Of a DNA stretch of 64,000 nucleotides, positions 62,432-64,000 are shown piece by piece. Position 1 is the first letter of the stretch; the number at the start of each line of letters is the position of its first letter. The translations under genes were made by a program, and so were the position numbers. The DNA comes from an uncultured Anaerolineales bacterium (GTDB lineage: Bacteria; Chloroflexota; Anaerolineae; B4-G1). The DNA lies in assembly GCA_964653285.1 (NCBI GenBank), contig CAZZEX010000012.1, positions 5,692 to 69,691 on the forward strand. Reading direction: 5' to 3'. The notes beneath the pieces are model-generated. The model ran no database searches, was not told where the DNA came from, and worked only from the letters and a program-made list of their open reading frames with translations.

Positions 62432-63853
62432 TTAATATGCACCCTTACCCCGAATGACGGCGACGAAGGTCATCAGCAGAATCCGAACGTCAAGCCAGAT
62501 AGACCAGTTTCTGATGTAGTACAGATCATCCTCCACACGTAGCGCGTAGTTGGCGTTGTCACTGCGGCCGTTTACCTGCCACCAGCCCGTCATACCCTGG
62601 GGGACAGCGAAGCGCTTGCGATGCCACGGATCGTATCTTGCGACCAGCCAGGGTAGTTCGGGCCGTGGCCCTACCAGGCTCATATCACCCTTGAGCACAT
62701 TGAGCAGTTGCGGCAACTCATCAACGCTGAAACGGCGCAGCACACGACCCACCCGGGTGATGCGGGGGTCATCGGGCTGCTTGACGAAGGTGGGGGGGCC
62801 TTGGCCCGTTTCCTCCGCCAGTCGCTGTTCGTCCGCCTCGGCCCCTGCGTACATGGTGCGGAATTTGAGCATCTGGAAGGGCCGTCCCCCCTCGCCGATG
62901 CGCCGTTGGTGGAAGAGGATTGGACCGGGCGAATCAATCCACACCGCGAGTGCGGCCAGCAACGTCAACGGCGAGAGCACTACCAGCGCCAGACCACCTA
63001 CCACCAGATCGAAGAGACGCTTCACGACACGGTCGGGGCCTTCGATGGCCGGTTCGCGCAGGCCAATGAGCGGGATGCCAGCGAATTCCTCCACTGAGGC
63101 GCGGATGAAGACCAGGTCGAACACGTCGGGTACGACGCGCACATTGACCGGCAGTTCTTGCAGCGCCAGGATGACTTGCCTGGCTCGCTCCTGCGCGCGC
63201 GGCGGCAGGGCCAGGATGACCTCCTCAACAGCGTGCTGGGAGACGGCAGCGCCAACGTCCCCTAGCAACCCCAACACGGGATAGCCAGCGCAGGTTTTCC
63301 CTTGCTTGCCTGCGTCGTCGTCCACGTAGCCCACCAGTTCCAGGCCCGCCCAGCGATAGGCACGGATGGCCTGGCTGAGTGCCTGCCCCACCGCGCCGGC
63401 GCCGACGACGAGCACCCGGCGAGGCTCGCCCAGGCCGTGTCCCAGTCCCAGTCGGAGCAGCCATTGCAGAACCGCCCGCCAGCCCAGCAGGAAGACCAGG
63501 TCAAGGAGATAGAAATAAACGAACAGAAGTCGGGAGAACTCGCGGAAGAAGAAATAAGCCACTCCAGCAAAGACGAGGGTAGCCCAGGTGACGGCGCTCC
63601 ACACGGCCTGCACGTCGCCCAGGTAACGCAAGGCGCGCGCCGGGTCGTAGACGTGCAAGGCAAAAAAGGCCAGGGCCCATAAGGCAGGCACCAGCAGGTA
63701 GAACCAGGGACCGAAGGCCAATGGCCCTTTCAGGTAGACACCAAAGGGCAGCGTCAGCCGCAACACTTTGGCCAGGTACAGCGCCAGCGCCGTGAGTCCC
63801 ATGTCAGCCATCAGCAGGATCAGGCCCACACGGGTTCCCACACGTTTGAGCAT
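62432..63853 (-). CDS. polyprenyl glycosylphosphotransferase (WbaP/exopolysaccharide initiating sugar transferase)
   Basis: Four N-terminal TM helices, a Rossmann-like middle domain (VLVVGAGAVG), and C-terminal KRLFDLVVGGLALVVLSPL...PILFHQRRIG..G.PF.MLKFRTM...DELPQLLNVLKGDMSLVGPRP. Confidence 0.9.
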   Translation of the reverse strand: MLKRVGTRVGLILLMADMGLTALALYLAKVLRLTLPFGVYLKGPLAFGPWFYLLVPALWALAFFALHVYDPARALRYLGDVQAVWSAVTWATLVFAGVAYFFFREFSRLLFVYFYLLDLVFLLGWRAVLQWLLRLGLGHGLGEPRRVLVVGAGAVGQALSQAIRAYRWAGLELVGYVDDDAGKQGKTCAGYPVLGLLGDVGAAVSQHAVEEVILALPPRAQERARQVILALQELPVNVRVVPDVFDLVFIRASVEEFAGIPLIGLREPAIEGPDRVVKRLFDLVVGGLALVVLSPLTLLAALAVWIDSPGPILFHQRRIGEGGRPFQMLKFRTMYAGAEADEQRLAEETGQGPPTFVKQPDDPRITRVGRVLRRFSVDELPQLLNVLKGDMSLVGPRPELPWLVARYDPWHRKRFAVPQGMTGWWQVNGRSDNANYALRVEDDLYYIRNWSIWLDVRILLMTFVAVIRGKGAY

Positions 63854-64000
63854 AGATCGGTTTCTCCCTGGTAGAACACGGATTGCAGGACAACAACGGA
63901 TCAGGACGGGCTGACATACAGTCCGTCAGGGTGCTGCCCGGCCCTCCCTATCAACGAAAGCACGTTACAAGCAGGAGTGTGCACATTATAGCGCAGGCGG

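Noticed and set aside
1-64000. Search for transposases, integrases, phage genes, toxin-antitoxin pairs, restriction-modification or other defence systems
   Set aside because: None of the ORF translations shows the corresponding motifs (DDE, tyrosine or serine recombinase, terminase, capsid, PIN, HEPN and so on). The methyltransferases present are small-molecule/glycan class I enzymes embedded among glycosyltransferases, not DNA methyltransferases.

Overview
This is a 64-kb segment of a high-GC bacterial chromosome with visibly mosaic base composition. PT-rich linkers, LysM and LPXTG wall anchoring, DUF4012/DUF2723 proteins, cohesin modules and archaellum-type genes suggest a monoderm, Chloroflexota-like organism; this is inference only. 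Contents from left to right: (1) The 3' end of an FtsX-type ABC permease. (2) A minus-strand gene string: murI <- CAP-domain protein <- LysM-anchored cohesin <- membrane-anchored cohesin <- mini-dockerin ORF <- cohesin+dockerin protein. (3) A ~17-kb plus-strand motility island. It encodes a REC-TadZ/CpaE-like ATPase, an OmpR-family regulator and two tandem archaellin-like genes. These are followed by two coiled-coil proteins, two ArlF/G-like proteins, a pseudo-receiver, an HPt protein, a CheY-like receiver and a REC-ArlH fusion. The island continues with ArlI, ArlJ, an acidic membrane protein and an A24 prepilin-type peptidase. It ends with PilN-like and PilO-like proteins carrying PPC, TPR and LysM modules. 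(4) tRNA-Lys(UUU), a DUF456 protein, and xseA / PK_C-like gene / xseB. (5) About 38 kb of envelope-glycan genes. These include GT2 and GT4 glycosyltransferases, SAM methyltransferases, murJ, and two GT-C type putative protein O-glycosyltransferases. They also include three paralogues of an unusual GT4-like enzyme, rmlD and RmlC-like genes, a Wzt-like ABC ATPase and secreted glycoside hydrolases. The block ends with an LPXTG mini-protein, DUF4012, a flippase-like protein and a polyprenyl glycosylphosphotransferase. I saw no rRNA, CRISPR array, transposase or integrase. The most interesting content is the archaellum-type locus wired to receiver/HPt domains and flanked by peptidoglycan-binding PilN/PilO-like proteins. 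Archaellum-like loci have, as far as I recall, been reported in a few Chloroflexota. I cannot verify from here whether this is one of those loci.
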